A stretch of 32,000 nucleotides of DNA from Candidatus Electronema halotolerans. Lineage in GTDB: Bacteria; Desulfobacterota; Desulfobulbia; Desulfobulbales; Desulfobulbaceae. The first letter of the stretch is position 1; every line of letters begins with the position of its first letter. The stretch is from positions 3,120,001 through 3,152,000 of the forward strand of contig OW818675.1 in the NCBI GenBank assembly GCA_942493095.1. The letters are read 5' to 3'. The position numbers and the translations under genes were made by a program. Of the stretch, positions 8,236 to 17,946 are shown piece after piece. Below the pieces are notes generated by a model. The model was given only the letters and a program-made list of their open reading frames with translations, had not been told where the DNA came from and ran no database searches.

Positions 8236-9063
8236 ATGATGAATTTGCGAACTGTCTTTCTGCGTGTTGTTCTCTTGCAGACACTGCTTTTCTTGCTGCT
8301 TGCCCCGCTTGCGCTGCGGGCAGCAACTCCGGCGGTGCCGTCCAGCCCTCCTGAGCGAGTGGTTGATCTTGCCAGCATCATTGACTCCACTTTGGAGGGA
8401 GAGCTTGCCTCGGCTCTGCGCGAGCTGGAAAAAAAGACAACCGCTCAGATGGCCATTCTGACGGTCAGCTCGCTGGACGGCCAGGATATTGAGTCGTTTT
8501 CGCTTCACGTTGCTGAACAATGGAAACTTGGTCAAAAAGGTAAGGACAACGGCCTGCTGCTCACCGTGGCCTTGAAGGAGCGGAAATATCGCTTTGAGAC
8601 CGGCTACGGACTGGAGGGTGCGCTGCCGGACAGCCTGCTGGGCAGCATCGGCAGAAAAAATATGGTGCCATTCTTCAAGAAAGGCGAATACGGCGAAGGC
8701 ATTGCAGCAGCGACCACGCAGGTGTTTGCTGTTCTTGCCAAGCATTATAACGTGCAGCTCGACGGCGTGAAGGAGCTGCCTGAATCTGAACCAAGTTTGA
8801 TTTATTCTATAGGCTGCAAGATTGTCAACTTTGGATTGAAGATTTTCATGTGGATTGCAATTGTGGTATTTATTGGTATTGTACTGACAATAATAATCCT
8901 CGCCATCTTCGATAAAGACAAAAGTTCTTGCTGTAGCAGATCATCCGACAATGATTCGTGGAGCAATAGCTCTGACAGCAGCTCATGGAGCAGCAGTTCC
9001 GACAGTGACTTCAGTGGTGGCGGTGGTGATTTTGGTGGCGGCGGTGATTCCGGCGACTGGTGA
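8236..9063 (+). CDS. TPM-domain protein (YgcG-like) with a TM helix and a Ser/Gly-rich tail
   Basis: Signal or TM N-terminus, then a TPM core (ILTVSSLDGQDIE.F...V.E.WKLGQKGKDNGLLL.VAL.ERKYR.ETGYGLEG.LPD), a TM helix (IFMWIAIVVFIGIVLTIIILAIF) and a GGGGDFGGGGDSGDW tail. The stop overlaps the upstream extension of the downstream lemA ORF. Confidence 0.85.
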   Translation: MMNLRTVFLRVVLLQTLLFLLLAPLALRAATPAVPSSPPERVVDLASIIDSTLEGELASALRELEKKTTAQMAILTVSSLDGQDIESFSLHVAEQWKLGQKGKDNGLLLTVALKERKYRFETGYGLEGALPDSLLGSIGRKNMVPFFKKGEYGEGIAAATTQVFAVLAKHYNVQLDGVKELPESEPSLIYSIGCKIVNFGLKIFMWIAIVVFIGIVLTIIILAIFDKDKSSCCSRSSDNDSWSNSSDSSSWSSSSDSDFSGGGGDFGGGGDSGDW

Positions 9064-9092
9064 TCAATCTTTCATTCAATGGAGCATATATC

Positions 9093-9671
9093 ATGAGCAA
9101 AGGCATCAAGGCTGTTCTGATCATCTTAGGAGTGCTTGCTGTTCTCTCGGCAGGCGTGGTCTTATTGGGCATCGGCCAATACAATAAGGCTGTGGCCTTG
9201 GACGAAGAGGTCAATAGCCGATGGGCGCAGGTGGAAAACCAGCTCAAGCGACGCTTTGATCTGATTCCCAACCTTGTCGAGACAGTCAAAGGCTATGCCA
9301 AGCACGAGAAGGATATCTTTGAAAATTTGGCCAAGGCCCGCACCAGTTATTTTCAGGCCGGTTCCATCCAAGAAAAGGCCGTTGCTGCGGGCGGACTGGA
9401 AAACGCCATCTCCCGGCTGCTCATGCTTCAGGAAAATTATCCTGATCTCAAGGCCAATGAATCCTACCTGAAGCTGATGGACAGCTTGGAAGGCTCAGAA
9501 AACCGGATTGCAGTGGAACGGAAACGGTACAATGAAGCGGTGCAGGCGGTCAACACGTACCGCCGAACTGTGATCGGGCGGATTTTTGCCGCGTTGGCTG
9601 GAGTTGAGGCAGCGGAATATTTCAAGCTGCCAGAAGGTGAGCAGGAAGTGCCGAAAGTAAAATTCGACTGA
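9093..9671 (+). CDS. lemA: LemA family protein
   Basis: N-terminal TM helix, then W.QVENQLKRRFDLIPNLVETVKGYAKHEK..F and YPDLKAN..Y..L...LEGSENRI.V.R..YN, which are hallmark LemA. The ATG at 9093 is preceded by GGAG; the ORF track start is 9060. Confidence 0.9.
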   Translation: MSKGIKAVLIILGVLAVLSAGVVLLGIGQYNKAVALDEEVNSRWAQVENQLKRRFDLIPNLVETVKGYAKHEKDIFENLAKARTSYFQAGSIQEKAVAAGGLENAISRLLMLQENYPDLKANESYLKLMDSLEGSENRIAVERKRYNEAVQAVNTYRRTVIGRIFAALAGVEAAEYFKLPEGEQEVPKVKFD

Positions 9672-9791
9672 AATTACTGGTTATAGTCGGCCTGCTGCCC
9701 GGCCCGCCGGATGAAGTGCGGGTTATTTACTGGTTCGACTGATGATTGCTGCAAAACAAAGAAACCGCTCTGACTGCTTGGAGATGCTGCC

Positions 9792-10964
9792 ATGAAAATC
9801 ATGCCCGCGCTGTTGCGCCGCCCTGTTGCCGGAATGCTGGCTGTGTTCCTCCTCACCGCCCTGCCAGCGGCGGCACTGATGCTGCTGCTGCAACGACCCT
9901 TGTTTGAAGCCCGCGCCCAGATTGCGGTCAGCAAGGGCACGGACCTGCCAACCATGCTGGCCCTGCTGCGCGGCAATGTGCTGGCGGAAAAAACACTGGC
10001 TGCGGTCGGGCCGGAGCAGCTTTTTCCTGCTTTGTCAGACAATGAGCGCATCCGCCAGCTACAACGGCAGCTTAACGTGCGCCTGCGCCGCAAGTCCCGC
10101 CTGATCGAGATCAGCTTCCGCCATTCTGATCAGAAGCTGGCTGCTGACACGGTCAATGCCTTGCTCCGTCTTGTCAATGCTCCCGGCGCAGCCGAAAACA
10201 GTGCGTTCAAGGAGCAGCTTGCCCAAGCGCAGCAGGAGGTTGTCCAAGCTGAAACCAAGCTGGCCATGCTGATGAAAAATGCTCCCCGAACTGTCAGTCA
10301 GCCAACAGCGGCAAGGGATGAGCAGCAGGCTGCAGCCGGGCTGGAGGAACGTCTGACAGCGGAACAAACAAAGCAGGAAAAATCAGCCGCTGCTCTGGCC
10401 GAATTGCGGCAGCGGTTCGCGGCCTTGGCTGGCGATGCGGAGGATAAGGACGATTTCCTCAGCCTGAAGCTCTATGAACAGGAGCTGCTGCGTAAATACG
10501 ATGAGTCGGAGCCGCTGGTCGCCTCAGTGCGGCGGCAGCTTGCCCAGATCACGGCCCGGCTGGAAAAAGGTTCTGCAACGGACAGTCAGGCTGTGGAGGA
10601 GCTGGCCAGGCAGGTGGTGCGGGCGGCTGCCGCTCTCAGCGCGCAGGAGGAGATAGTGGCGACAATGCAGCGGCAGCTCCATCAGCTGCAAGGCCGGAAT
10701 AAGGACGTGGCGGCAAAGCAGGAAATCAGCAGCAGCCGTTTGCAGGATGAACTTGCAGCCAGCAAGGCGCGGCTGGCCGCTCTGCTGAACCAGATGGACA
10801 CGCCCGGCCAGCAGGCAGGGCAGAGCACGATTGTTGAACGTCCGCTGCCGCCCCTGCAATCAGTCAGGCCGAACAAACTGCGCCTGCTGGTGGCGGCAGT
10901 CTGCTTCGGCCTGCTCTGCTGCCTGCTGCTGCATGTTTTGCGGCAGGAAAGCCGCCCGGCCTGA
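9792..10964 (+). CDS. Wzz/GumC-like polysaccharide co-polymerase-type protein (two TM helices flanking a long coiled coil)
   Basis: N-terminal TM helix, then F.A.AQI.V, L....VL..TL..VG and L.V.....S.LIEISFRH.D..LAA..VN.L, which resemble the Wzz/chain-length-determinant domain. About 250 aa of Q/A/E-rich coiled coil follow, then a C-terminal TM helix (LRLLVAAVCFGLLCCLLL). No kinase domain. Confidence 0.5.
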   Translation: MKIMPALLRRPVAGMLAVFLLTALPAAALMLLLQRPLFEARAQIAVSKGTDLPTMLALLRGNVLAEKTLAAVGPEQLFPALSDNERIRQLQRQLNVRLRRKSRLIEISFRHSDQKLAADTVNALLRLVNAPGAAENSAFKEQLAQAQQEVVQAETKLAMLMKNAPRTVSQPTAARDEQQAAAGLEERLTAEQTKQEKSAAALAELRQRFAALAGDAEDKDDFLSLKLYEQELLRKYDESEPLVASVRRQLAQITARLEKGSATDSQAVEELARQVVRAAAALSAQEEIVATMQRQLHQLQGRNKDVAAKQEISSSRLQDELAASKARLAALLNQMDTPGQQAGQSTIVERPLPPLQSVRPNKLRLLVAAVCFGLLCCLLLHVLRQESRPA

Positions 10965-11429
10965 TCAGGGCTGCTTCTGCTCCTTGTCTCCGCCGCTGTT
11001 CTCAAGCGGCTCCACAGACGGAGGAACAGGAGCGGGCGGCGGGGGCGCGGCAGCAGGAGCCGGTTTGACAGCCGGACTTGGCATGATGCTGAACCGCTGC
11101 TGCATCTCCTGCATGAAGCGGGTATCAGACAGGGTCTCTTGGATGGTCTGCTGCATGATTTTCATCAGCTTCTCATTGATGGAGGCCTGCACCGCCGGAT
11201 CGAGCTTGCCGACCGCGTCTGACATGGCCGATGCCATAGGATAGCTGCCAGGCTGCATCGGCGCAGGGTTCATGTTCAGCATCAAGTCAATGCTGTTGCG
11301 TATCTGCTGCTGGGCAGGGTTAAATGTTGCTGGCTCCTGCTCCTGCGCTCCTGCGGCGGCAGCCAACAGCAGGCAGCCTGCTGCTGCCAAGCAGAGCCGG
11401 ACTGCAATCCTCTTTTTTTTCATCTGCAT
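10965..11429 (-). CDS. Hypothetical secreted protein with a Pro/Ala-rich C-terminus
   Basis: Start chosen at MQMKKKR (GGAGA RBS upstream). It has a signal-peptide-like LCLAAAGCLLLAAAAGAQE, a Met/Gln-rich body and an APAAAPPPPAPVPP tail. I recognise no family. Confidence 0.5.
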   Translation of the reverse strand: MQMKKKRIAVRLCLAAAGCLLLAAAAGAQEQEPATFNPAQQQIRNSIDLMLNMNPAPMQPGSYPMASAMSDAVGKLDPAVQASINEKLMKIMQQTIQETLSDTRFMQEMQQRFSIMPSPAVKPAPAAAPPPPAPVPPSVEPLENSGGDKEQKQP

Positions 11430-11567
11430 TTTTTTCTCCTCTCTTTCAATCAATGCGCCGGATGCTGCAAACACCGCGCACGCTTCCTCTCCTGTAAGGG
11501 TACAGTGCCCCAAATTCAGTTGTCAATCGCTTTTTTTTCAGGACGGAGAGCGCAAGTCCGCTGTTGC

Positions 11568-12341
11568 TCACAGGGTGAACAGCTTGGTGGGCTGGTCCTG
11601 TCCGGCAATGGTGAAGGAGAAGTCGCGCTGGCTGGGCGGCAATTCCAGCTGAATCCGTTCCCGCACCAATTCAGGCCGGTTGTTTGCCCGGCTGAGATGG
11701 ACTAAGACCGCCTGCCGCACAGAGGAATCCGCTGCTAATTCGGCTAATAAAGAGGCTGCTTGACCATTGGCCAAATGGCCTTGACCGGAGCGCACCCGCT
11801 GCTGAATGTACGGCGGATAGGGGCCGTCAGCCAAGAGCTGCGGATCATAATTGGCTTCCAGAATCAGGGCGTGGCAGCGGCGGGCGTGCTGACGGAGCAG
11901 GCCGGTGATTCTGCCGGTGTCAGTGCAGCAGCAGAGCGCCTTGCTGCCGTCAGAAATGACAAAACCAACCGGATCAGCCGTGTCATGGCAGACCCGGAAG
12001 GGATGAACGGTCAAGCCGTTGATCGCAAAGTCTGTGCCGGTCTCAAACTCAGCCCGCTGATGCAGCCTGCCGAGCCGCGCTGCCGCCGCCTGATGGGTGC
12101 CGCTGTTGGCATAGACTGGCAGCCTGAGCTGCCGGGACAGTACTCCGGCCCCGCTGATATGGTCGCCGTGCTCATGGCTGATCAGGATGGCAGCAAGCTT
12201 CTCTGCGGAACGGTTGAGCAGAGCCAGCCGCCGCCGGATTTCCTTGCCGGAGAAACCAGCATCAAGCAGGAGCGCGGTGGAGCCGGACTCCACCAAGATG
12301 GCATTGCCTCTGGAGCCGGAGCCGAGGACGCAAAAATTCAT
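11568..12341 (-). CDS. MBL-fold metallo-hydrolase
   Basis: MNFCVLGSGSRGNA, LLLDAG and ILISHEHGDHISG (HxHxDH) motifs. The start at 12341 is preferred over 12407 because the terminator of the upstream gene occupies 12408-12438. Confidence 0.85.
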   Translation of the reverse strand: MNFCVLGSGSRGNAILVESGSTALLLDAGFSGKEIRRRLALLNRSAEKLAAILISHEHGDHISGAGVLSRQLRLPVYANSGTHQAAAARLGRLHQRAEFETGTDFAINGLTVHPFRVCHDTADPVGFVISDGSKALCCCTDTGRITGLLRQHARRCHALILEANYDPQLLADGPYPPYIQQRVRSGQGHLANGQAASLLAELAADSSVRQAVLVHLSRANNRPELVRERIQLELPPSQRDFSFTIAGQDQPTKLFTL

Positions 12342-12407
12342 GAACAGGCCATAGAAAAAAATTGCGGGCTGTTCAGCAAAACCAAGTGCGCCCTGTCTGT
12401 CAAGCAA

Positions 12408-12438
12408 ATAAAAAAGCAGGGAGCAAAGCTCCCTGCTT
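12408..12438 (-). terminator. Rho-independent terminator after the 12485-12961 gene
   Basis: Minus strand GCAGGGAGC-ttt-GCTCCCTGC (9-bp perfect stem) followed by TTTTTTATTT. Confidence 0.8.
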
Positions 12439-12484
12439 CAGCCACAGCCTGCCTGGCGGTTTGTTCTTGAACAGTCCTCCCTGT

Positions 12485-12961
12485 TCAAGCTCCGCTGTCG
12501 CAGTCCCCCTTTGTTGTCACCTGCACACCGGATTCTTTGACCGTGATATGGTCGCCAGTCGCGCAGGCTCCTCTTTTTTGCAACTCAGTGCCGCTGATCA
12601 GATCATGGGCCACGCAGGTCATGGACTGGCCCACCTCCAGATCAGTTGTTTGACAGTTGATGTTGGCGAATCGCTCGTCAATCACCCGGATATTGGTCAG
12701 CTTGACATTGCCGGTGTTGGTGATCTTGTAGGACCGGCGTTCAGTTTGCTGCGCATCCGCAGCAGCTATTGCCGCGCCGCCGCAAGCCATTTCAGTGCCG
12801 CCACAGGTGCCGCCGTTCTCGCTGACAATGGCAATATTCGGTTCAGCCGTTGTTGTTGCGCTCGTGCCACCGCACATCATCATTTCTCCAGCCGCAGAAG
12901 CGGAAACGAACAGAGCTGCTCCGACCAGCAGCGAGGCGGCGGCAACAAAAATATTCTTCAT
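12485..12961 (-). CDS. Secreted hypothetical protein (Cys/Gly-rich N-terminal part plus a DUF11/CARDB-like beta-sandwich segment)
   Basis: Signal peptide MKNIFVAAASLLVGAALFVSASA. Three CGG(T) motifs follow, then YKITNTGNVKLTNIRVID...L.VGQSMTC, which resembles 'conserved repeat domain' (DUF11-type) modules. It has its own terminator. Confidence 0.6.
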   Translation of the reverse strand: MKNIFVAAASLLVGAALFVSASAAGEMMMCGGTSATTTAEPNIAIVSENGGTCGGTEMACGGAAIAAADAQQTERRSYKITNTGNVKLTNIRVIDERFANINCQTTDLEVGQSMTCVAHDLISGTELQKRGACATGDHITVKESGVQVTTKGDCDSGA

Positions 12962-13073
12962 GGCTTTAGTCCTCCTTCTAAAATAAATTTCAGTCTGCCA
13001 TCAATTAACTCCTCAGTGTGTTTTCTTTATACTTTAGTTTTTTATATCCGTCAAGCCCTGAGTAAAAAAAATT

Positions 13074-14336
13074 TTACTCAAAAACATGTTCGCGCTGCTC
13101 CAGCCGCTGCAAAGCGGCTATTCTGGCCAAAAAAGGCGGATGGGAATACTCCAGAAAAACCTTGAACGGATGCGGAGTTAGGTTGACAAGATTGTCTGCG
13201 CCGAGTTTTTTCAGGCTGCTGATCAGCTCCTTGGTCCAGCCGGAGGCGGCGGCAAAGGCATCGGCCTGATATTCGCATCGCCGGGAAAACATATTGAGGA
13301 ACACGGAGAGCAGCAACTCAACCGGACTATAAAGAAAAACAAAGAAGGTCAGCCCGGCGTAAACCGAAATCTGCTCCATGCCAAAGGCGGCGTGGAGCTG
13401 CGGGCTGGCAAGTACCAAGGACAAAAAATAGAACATCAGGCCGGTGTGCGCAATCAAGGCAACGGTCATTTTGACGATATGCCGATGCCGCCAATGACCC
13501 ATCTCATGCGCCAGCACGGCGACAATTTCGCCCACAGTCAGTCTGCTGATCAGGGTGTCAAAAAAGACAATCCGCCGGAACCGGCCAAAACCGGCGAAAA
13601 AGGCGTTCAGTTTGGCCGAGCGTTTGGAGCCGTCCATGACATAGATGCCTTGGATGGCAAAGTTGTGGGCTTTGGCATAGTCAGCCACAGCCTGTCGCAG
13701 CTCGCCGTCCTCCAGCGGGTTGAATTTATTGAATAGCGGCATCAGCACTGCCGGGGCGAGAAACTGCATCAGCAGGCTGAAGAGCGTCACTGCGGCCCAG
13801 CACCAGAGCCAAGCCGCACTGCCTGCGCTCTCAAAGAACCAAAGCAGCAGGGCCAGCAGCGGCCCGCCGATCAGCACGGCCAGTGCTCCGGTTTTGAGCA
13901 GATCAAGGACAAAGGTCTTGGCCGTGGTTTTGTTGAAGCCGAAGCGTTCTTCAAGGACAAAGGTGCGGTATAAGGAAAAGGGCAACTCGGCAGCAGCAGA
14001 GAGCATTGCCAAGCTGCCGATGAAAAGCAGGCCGGTGCTGATGCTGTTCAGGCCAACACTTCGGATATGCTGATCAATCTGGCTGAAGCCGCCGAGCAGG
14101 ATGAACAGCAGCGTGGCCAGCAGTATGACTGTGCTGCGGACTTGGGTGAAAATCAGTTTGGCTTTGGTGTAGTCCTGGGAGCGGCGGTACTGCTCCTCAT
14201 CATAGATATCCCGGCCTTGCGCAGGCAGGGCGGGATGCAGAGCGCGCAGCTCCAGCAGGTCGGCGAGCAGATGCAGGAGCCAGGCCGCAATCAGGGCGGT
14301 GACAATAACAGCCAGATACCAGTTCATAAATATCAT
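13074..14336 (-). CDS. M48 family zinc metalloprotease (Ste24/CAAX-protease-like)
   Basis: Multi-TM N-terminal half, the Ste24-type segment RFGFNKTT...F..D, and the zinc site VLAHEMGHWRHRH (HExxH) with a downstream E...D. 420 aa. Confidence 0.85.
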   Translation of the reverse strand: MIFMNWYLAVIVTALIAAWLLHLLADLLELRALHPALPAQGRDIYDEEQYRRSQDYTKAKLIFTQVRSTVILLATLLFILLGGFSQIDQHIRSVGLNSISTGLLFIGSLAMLSAAAELPFSLYRTFVLEERFGFNKTTAKTFVLDLLKTGALAVLIGGPLLALLLWFFESAGSAAWLWCWAAVTLFSLLMQFLAPAVLMPLFNKFNPLEDGELRQAVADYAKAHNFAIQGIYVMDGSKRSAKLNAFFAGFGRFRRIVFFDTLISRLTVGEIVAVLAHEMGHWRHRHIVKMTVALIAHTGLMFYFLSLVLASPQLHAAFGMEQISVYAGLTFFVFLYSPVELLLSVFLNMFSRRCEYQADAFAAASGWTKELISSLKKLGADNLVNLTPHPFKVFLEYSHPPFLARIAALQRLEQREHVFE

Positions 14337-14449
14337 CCTTGGTCAGAGCGAGCAATCCTGTTTGACTTCTTATCACGGGCATTATACAGTGAAAACAGGG
14401 GGAGCGGCAATGCTCTCCTGAACCGCCCTGTTTTCTTCTGCTTTTTTAT

Positions 14450-17059
14450 ATGAAACCAACAGATATTGCAGATATTGACCTGAGGCAGTTTCGCTGCTGG
14501 TGCATGGCCTTCTTTGTCTTCTGGACCCTGCTCCTCAACAGCTCGTTCTGGCTCTTTGCCAAAAATGAATGGAACAATGTCAAGTTCATTGGCAAGCAGA
14601 TCGGCATGACCGCCATCCGCAAAGACTATGTCCATCAGATTTGGAATTCCAGCCACGGCGGCGTGCTCGGTGCGGCCAAGAACAGCTCCGGCCTGATCAA
14701 TCCGGCCCAGATGACCCGCGAGATTTACAGGATTGAGCAGGAGCGCGGCGACATCAGCGGCAACATCACCAGTCTGCGGCCCTTGGACGAGGAAAACCGC
14801 CCTGACGCATGGGAGGAGGCCGCCCTGAACAGCTTTGAGCATGGGGTGAAAGATGCGGCGAAACTTTTCACCAAGGGTGACAAAACCTTCATGCGGGTCA
14901 TGATTCCGGCGATCATGGATGCGTCCTGCCTCAAATGCCATGTTGAGCGGGACTACACAGTGGGCAGCATTCGCGGCGGGATCAGCATCACCCTGCCCAT
15001 GGACGATGCCGTGGCTTTGTTCCGCAGGCAGTTCAAAACCAGCCTCTTCTACCATGTTCTGATCTACCTGATCGGCTTGGCCGGGATGATCGTTTTTTAT
15101 CTCCAGAGCAGCAGCCAGATGCGCAGGCGGGCCGTTGCTGAGGGCAGGCTGCAGGCGCAGAAAAAGCATCTGCGCGGCATTGTTGAAAACATCTCCAACG
15201 GCATTGCCGTCTATGAGGCGGACGGACAGGAGTTCCTCGTCAAAAGCATCAATCCTGCGGGCAGGCGCATCGCCCGGCTGACGGCTGAGGATGATCTTGC
15301 CGGAAAAAAGGCGACAGATATTTTTCCCAGTCTGGCCGAATCAGGGCTGCTGGCCGTGTTTCAGCGGGTGGCTGAGAGCGGCGAGGCCGAGCATATCTCC
15401 ATCTCCTCCTGCACCAGCAAGGGCGCGGATCAGGAAAATCCCCCCCGCTGCCTTGAATTTTACGTCTATCGCCTGTCTGACAACAAGATTGTCGCAGTCT
15501 ATGAAGATGTGACGGCCCGGAAAAAGGCCAGAGAGCAGCTCCTGCGCAAGACAGCGGAATGGGAGAACACCTTTGACGCGATTCCTGATATCATCACCTT
15601 GCAGGACAAGGAAATGCGGATTATCCGGGCCAATCAGACCACCTTTGAGTTTTTTCAGAAAACGCCGGAGCAGCTGCTGGGCATGACCTGCCATAAGCTG
15701 TTCCGGGGCATGGACAAGCCTTGTCCCGGCTGTCCAGGAATCATGGCCATGAATGATTCAAGAAAGCACTGCACAGAAATGGAGCATAAATTGGTGGGCA
15801 GGACATATCATGTCTGCGCCGCGCCGGTCCTGAATGCGGAGAACGAGTTCCTCTATTTTGTCTATATCGCCCATGACATCACAGACAAGAGAAAGCTGGA
15901 AGAGGAGCTGTTCCAAGCCCAGAAAATGGAGGCCATCGGCACCTTGGCCGGAGGCATTGCCCATGATTTCAACAATATTCTCGCTGCGATCCTTGGCTAT
16001 GCCGAGCTGGCGAAAATGGAGCTGCCCGACGGCAGCAATTCCCGCGCTGACATTGATCAAGTGGTCATTGCCGGCAACCGGGCCACGGAATTAGTCAAGC
16101 AGATTCTCACCTTCAGTCGCAAGAGCGAGTACCGCAAGCAGCCCCTGCGCATCTATCTTTTGGTCAAGGAGGCGGTCAAGATGCTGCGTTCCTCGCTGCC
16201 CACCTCGATCAGCATCAGCACGGATATTGACGAGGACAGCGGCTTGGTTTTGGCTGATCCCAGCAATATTCAGCAGATTGTCTTCAACCTCTGCACCAAT
16301 GCCGCTCATGCCATTGGCGGCAGACAGGGCAGGATCGACATCAGCCTCAAGCAGGTCTGGCTGCCCCCCGAAAAGCTGGCTGACAGACCGCCCTGCCTCA
16401 AGCCGGGACTTTTCATCATTCTGAGTGTTGAGGATGACGGCGCAGGCATGGACGAGCGGACCATAAGCCGGATTTTCGATCCCTATTTCACCACTAAGGA
16501 GCAGGGGGCAGGCACCGGCTTGGGGCTGGCGGTCACGCACGGCGTGGTGGAAGACTGCAAGGGCTTCATTGAAGTGGCGAGCGAGCTGGGCAAAGGCTCA
16601 GTGTTTCATGTTTTTCTGCCTGTGCTGCCGGAGGAGAGCAAAGCACCTGCCGTGCCGGATGAGCAGAGTCCGCTGCCCAATGGCACGGAGCGGATTCTCT
16701 TTGTCGATGATGAGGATGCCATTGTCCATATCAGTCAGTCCATTCTCAGCGCGCTGGGCTATGCAGTGACTGCGGAGACCAACAGTCTGACTGCATTGAA
16801 GAAATTTCAAGAAAATCCGGCGGCCTTTGATCTGGTGATCACGGACCAGACCATGCCGGGCATGACCGGCTGCGAGCTGGCCAAGCTCATGCTGGAGACG
16901 CGGCCTGATCTGCCGGTGATTCTCTGCACCGGCTACACAGCCTCGTTCTCGGAAAAAGACGCGCTGGCCCTGGGCATCCGCCACTATGCGATCAAGCCGC
17001 TGACAGTGGCCAGGATGGCCCGGCTGATCAGAGATGTGCTGAACAGCAGGGGAGCTTGA
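14450..17059 (+). CDS. Hybrid sensor histidine kinase / response regulator with an N-terminal DUF3365 (Tll0287-like, CXXCH heme c) sensor and PAS domains
   Basis: TM helix, then a periplasmic-type domain ending in CLKCH (14927-14941), a second TM helix, two PAS-like segments, the H-box [10 protein letters not shown], the HATPase N/G boxes (NLCTNA, DDGAGM, GTGLGL), and a C-terminal receiver (RILFVDDE...[14 protein letters not shown]...K). Confidence 0.88.
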   Translation: MKPTDIADIDLRQFRCWCMAFFVFWTLLLNSSFWLFAKNEWNNVKFIGKQIGMTAIRKDYVHQIWNSSHGGVLGAAKNSSGLINPAQMTREIYRIEQERGDISGNITSLRPLDEENRPDAWEEAALNSFEHGVKDAAKLFTKGDKTFMRVMIPAIMDASCLKCHVERDYTVGSIRGGISITLPMDDAVALFRRQFKTSLFYHVLIYLIGLAGMIVFYLQSSSQMRRRAVAEGRLQAQKKHLRGIVENISNGIAVYEADGQEFLVKSINPAGRRIARLTAEDDLAGKKATDIFPSLAESGLLAVFQRVAESGEAEHISISSCTSKGADQENPPRCLEFYVYRLSDNKIVAVYEDVTARKKAREQLLRKTAEWENTFDAIPDIITLQDKEMRIIRANQTTFEFFQKTPEQLLGMTCHKLFRGMDKPCPGCPGIMAMNDSRKHCTEMEHKLVGRTYHVCAAPVLNAENEFLYFVYIAHDITDKRKLEEELFQAQKMEAIGTLAGGIAHDFNNILAAILGYAELAKMELPDGSNSRADIDQVVIAGNRATELVKQILTFSRKSEYRKQPLRIYLLVKEAVKMLRSSLPTSISISTDIDEDSGLVLADPSNIQQIVFNLCTNAAHAIGGRQGRIDISLKQVWLPPEKLADRPPCLKPGLFIILSVEDDGAGMDERTISRIFDPYFTTKEQGAGTGLGLAVTHGVVEDCKGFIEVASELGKGSVFHVFLPVLPEESKAPAVPDEQSPLPNGTERILFVDDEDAIVHISQSILSALGYAVTAETNSLTALKKFQENPAAFDLVITDQTMPGMTGCELAKLMLETRPDLPVILCTGYTASFSEKDALALGIRHYAIKPLTVARMARLIRDVLNSRGA

Positions 17060-17080
17060 CACAGGGCGGAAGTGCTGGAT

Positions 17081-17716
17081 TCAGCCTCCTTGCCGCAGGA
17101 GATGCAGGAGAATGACTGCGGCAAAAACGCTGATGCTGAGAAAGGCGGCCAACCATGCCACACCTTTGAGCAGCCAGTTCCAGCGAGGATGACTGAGGCC
17201 CAGACTTTGGGTTAGCGACCAGAAGCCGTGGCTGATGTGCAGGCCGAGCGCGGCAAGACCGAGCGCGTATCCGGCTGCGGACAGGGGATTGGTCAAGGCC
17301 AGCCTAATTTTTTCGGCGGGCGGCAGGGCCTGACCAGTAAAGCGCACTGTGGCAAGATGGAGAATGAGAAAGGCCAGCACAGCGGCCCCGCTGAAGGGCA
17401 TGATGCGGCTGGGCCAGCCCCGCAGACCGGTCGCCGAGCGGCGGACCGCATAGGTGCGGCCTTTGGCGGTGCGGTTGGCTAGGGCAAGGCTGAGACCGGT
17501 GCTGATGTGGAGCAGGAAGACCGCCAGCAGGAATGCCTCCGCCGCTGTGAGGAGCGGGCCAAGGGAATGCAGATGTTCCGCGTACAGGGTGAATGCAGTT
17601 TTACTTTTGAATATCAGACTGTTGCCTGCGGCGTGAACCAGCAGGAAAGCAGTCAGCAGCAGCCCGGTCAGAGCCATGAGGTATTTTCTGCCCAGCAGGG
17701 AAAGGGAAAAGGACAT
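17081..17716 (-). CDS. Succinate dehydrogenase/fumarate reductase cytochrome b subunit, b558 family (orphan)
   Basis: 211 aa with five hydrophobic helices. The N-terminus GRKYLMALTGLLL..FLLVHAAGN and His residues in helices (LLHISTG, LILHLATV, GLHISHG) match diheme SdhC type B. No sdhA/sdhB gene is adjacent. Confidence 0.7.
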   Translation of the reverse strand: MSFSLSLLGRKYLMALTGLLLTAFLLVHAAGNSLIFKSKTAFTLYAEHLHSLGPLLTAAEAFLLAVFLLHISTGLSLALANRTAKGRTYAVRRSATGLRGWPSRIMPFSGAAVLAFLILHLATVRFTGQALPPAEKIRLALTNPLSAAGYALGLAALGLHISHGFWSLTQSLGLSHPRWNWLLKGVAWLAAFLSISVFAAVILLHLLRQGG

Positions 17717-17817
17717 AAGGTCTGCGGATGGAGGAAAGTTTGATTTTTTTTATTGTAACCAAGAATGCAAGATGCTGCAATTGCTGCTTAGACCGCTTGG
17801 GTACTAAAATTTTTACC

Positions 17818-17846
17818 TTGCCAGATTGACAGCAACGTTATATAAA
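17818..17846 (+). promoter_or_regulatory. Possible sigma70 promoter for the Cys-rich protein gene
   Basis: TTGCCA (17818-17823) - 17 nt - TATAAA (17841-17846), about 100 nt upstream of the ATG at 17947. Sequence match only. Confidence 0.3.
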
Positions 17847-17946
17847 CAGTAACGAGGTAACTCGCCCAATCTTCGTGTATTTGACACGTGGGAGGCTTGG
17901 CGCGCAAGCAGAAATGACTGAAACTGAAATGAAACAAGGAGCTGAA

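Noticed and set aside
11760-13165. Two long plus-strand ORFs (236 and 267 aa) across the MBL hydrolase and secreted-protein genes
   Set aside because: Both are antisense to better-supported minus-strand genes (HxHxDH motif; signal peptide plus own terminator). They cross the terminator hairpin at 12408-12438.
14333-15169. 278-aa minus-strand ORF overlapping the kinase 5' region
   Set aside because: It is antisense to the DUF3365-sensor part of the kinase and runs through the intergenic promoter region. It has no RBS or family signal.
17875-17946. Longer N-terminus (MYLTRGRLGAQAEMTETEMKQGAE) for the Cys-rich protein
   Set aside because: The extension would bury the signal peptide. AAGGAG sits directly upstream of the ATG at 17947.
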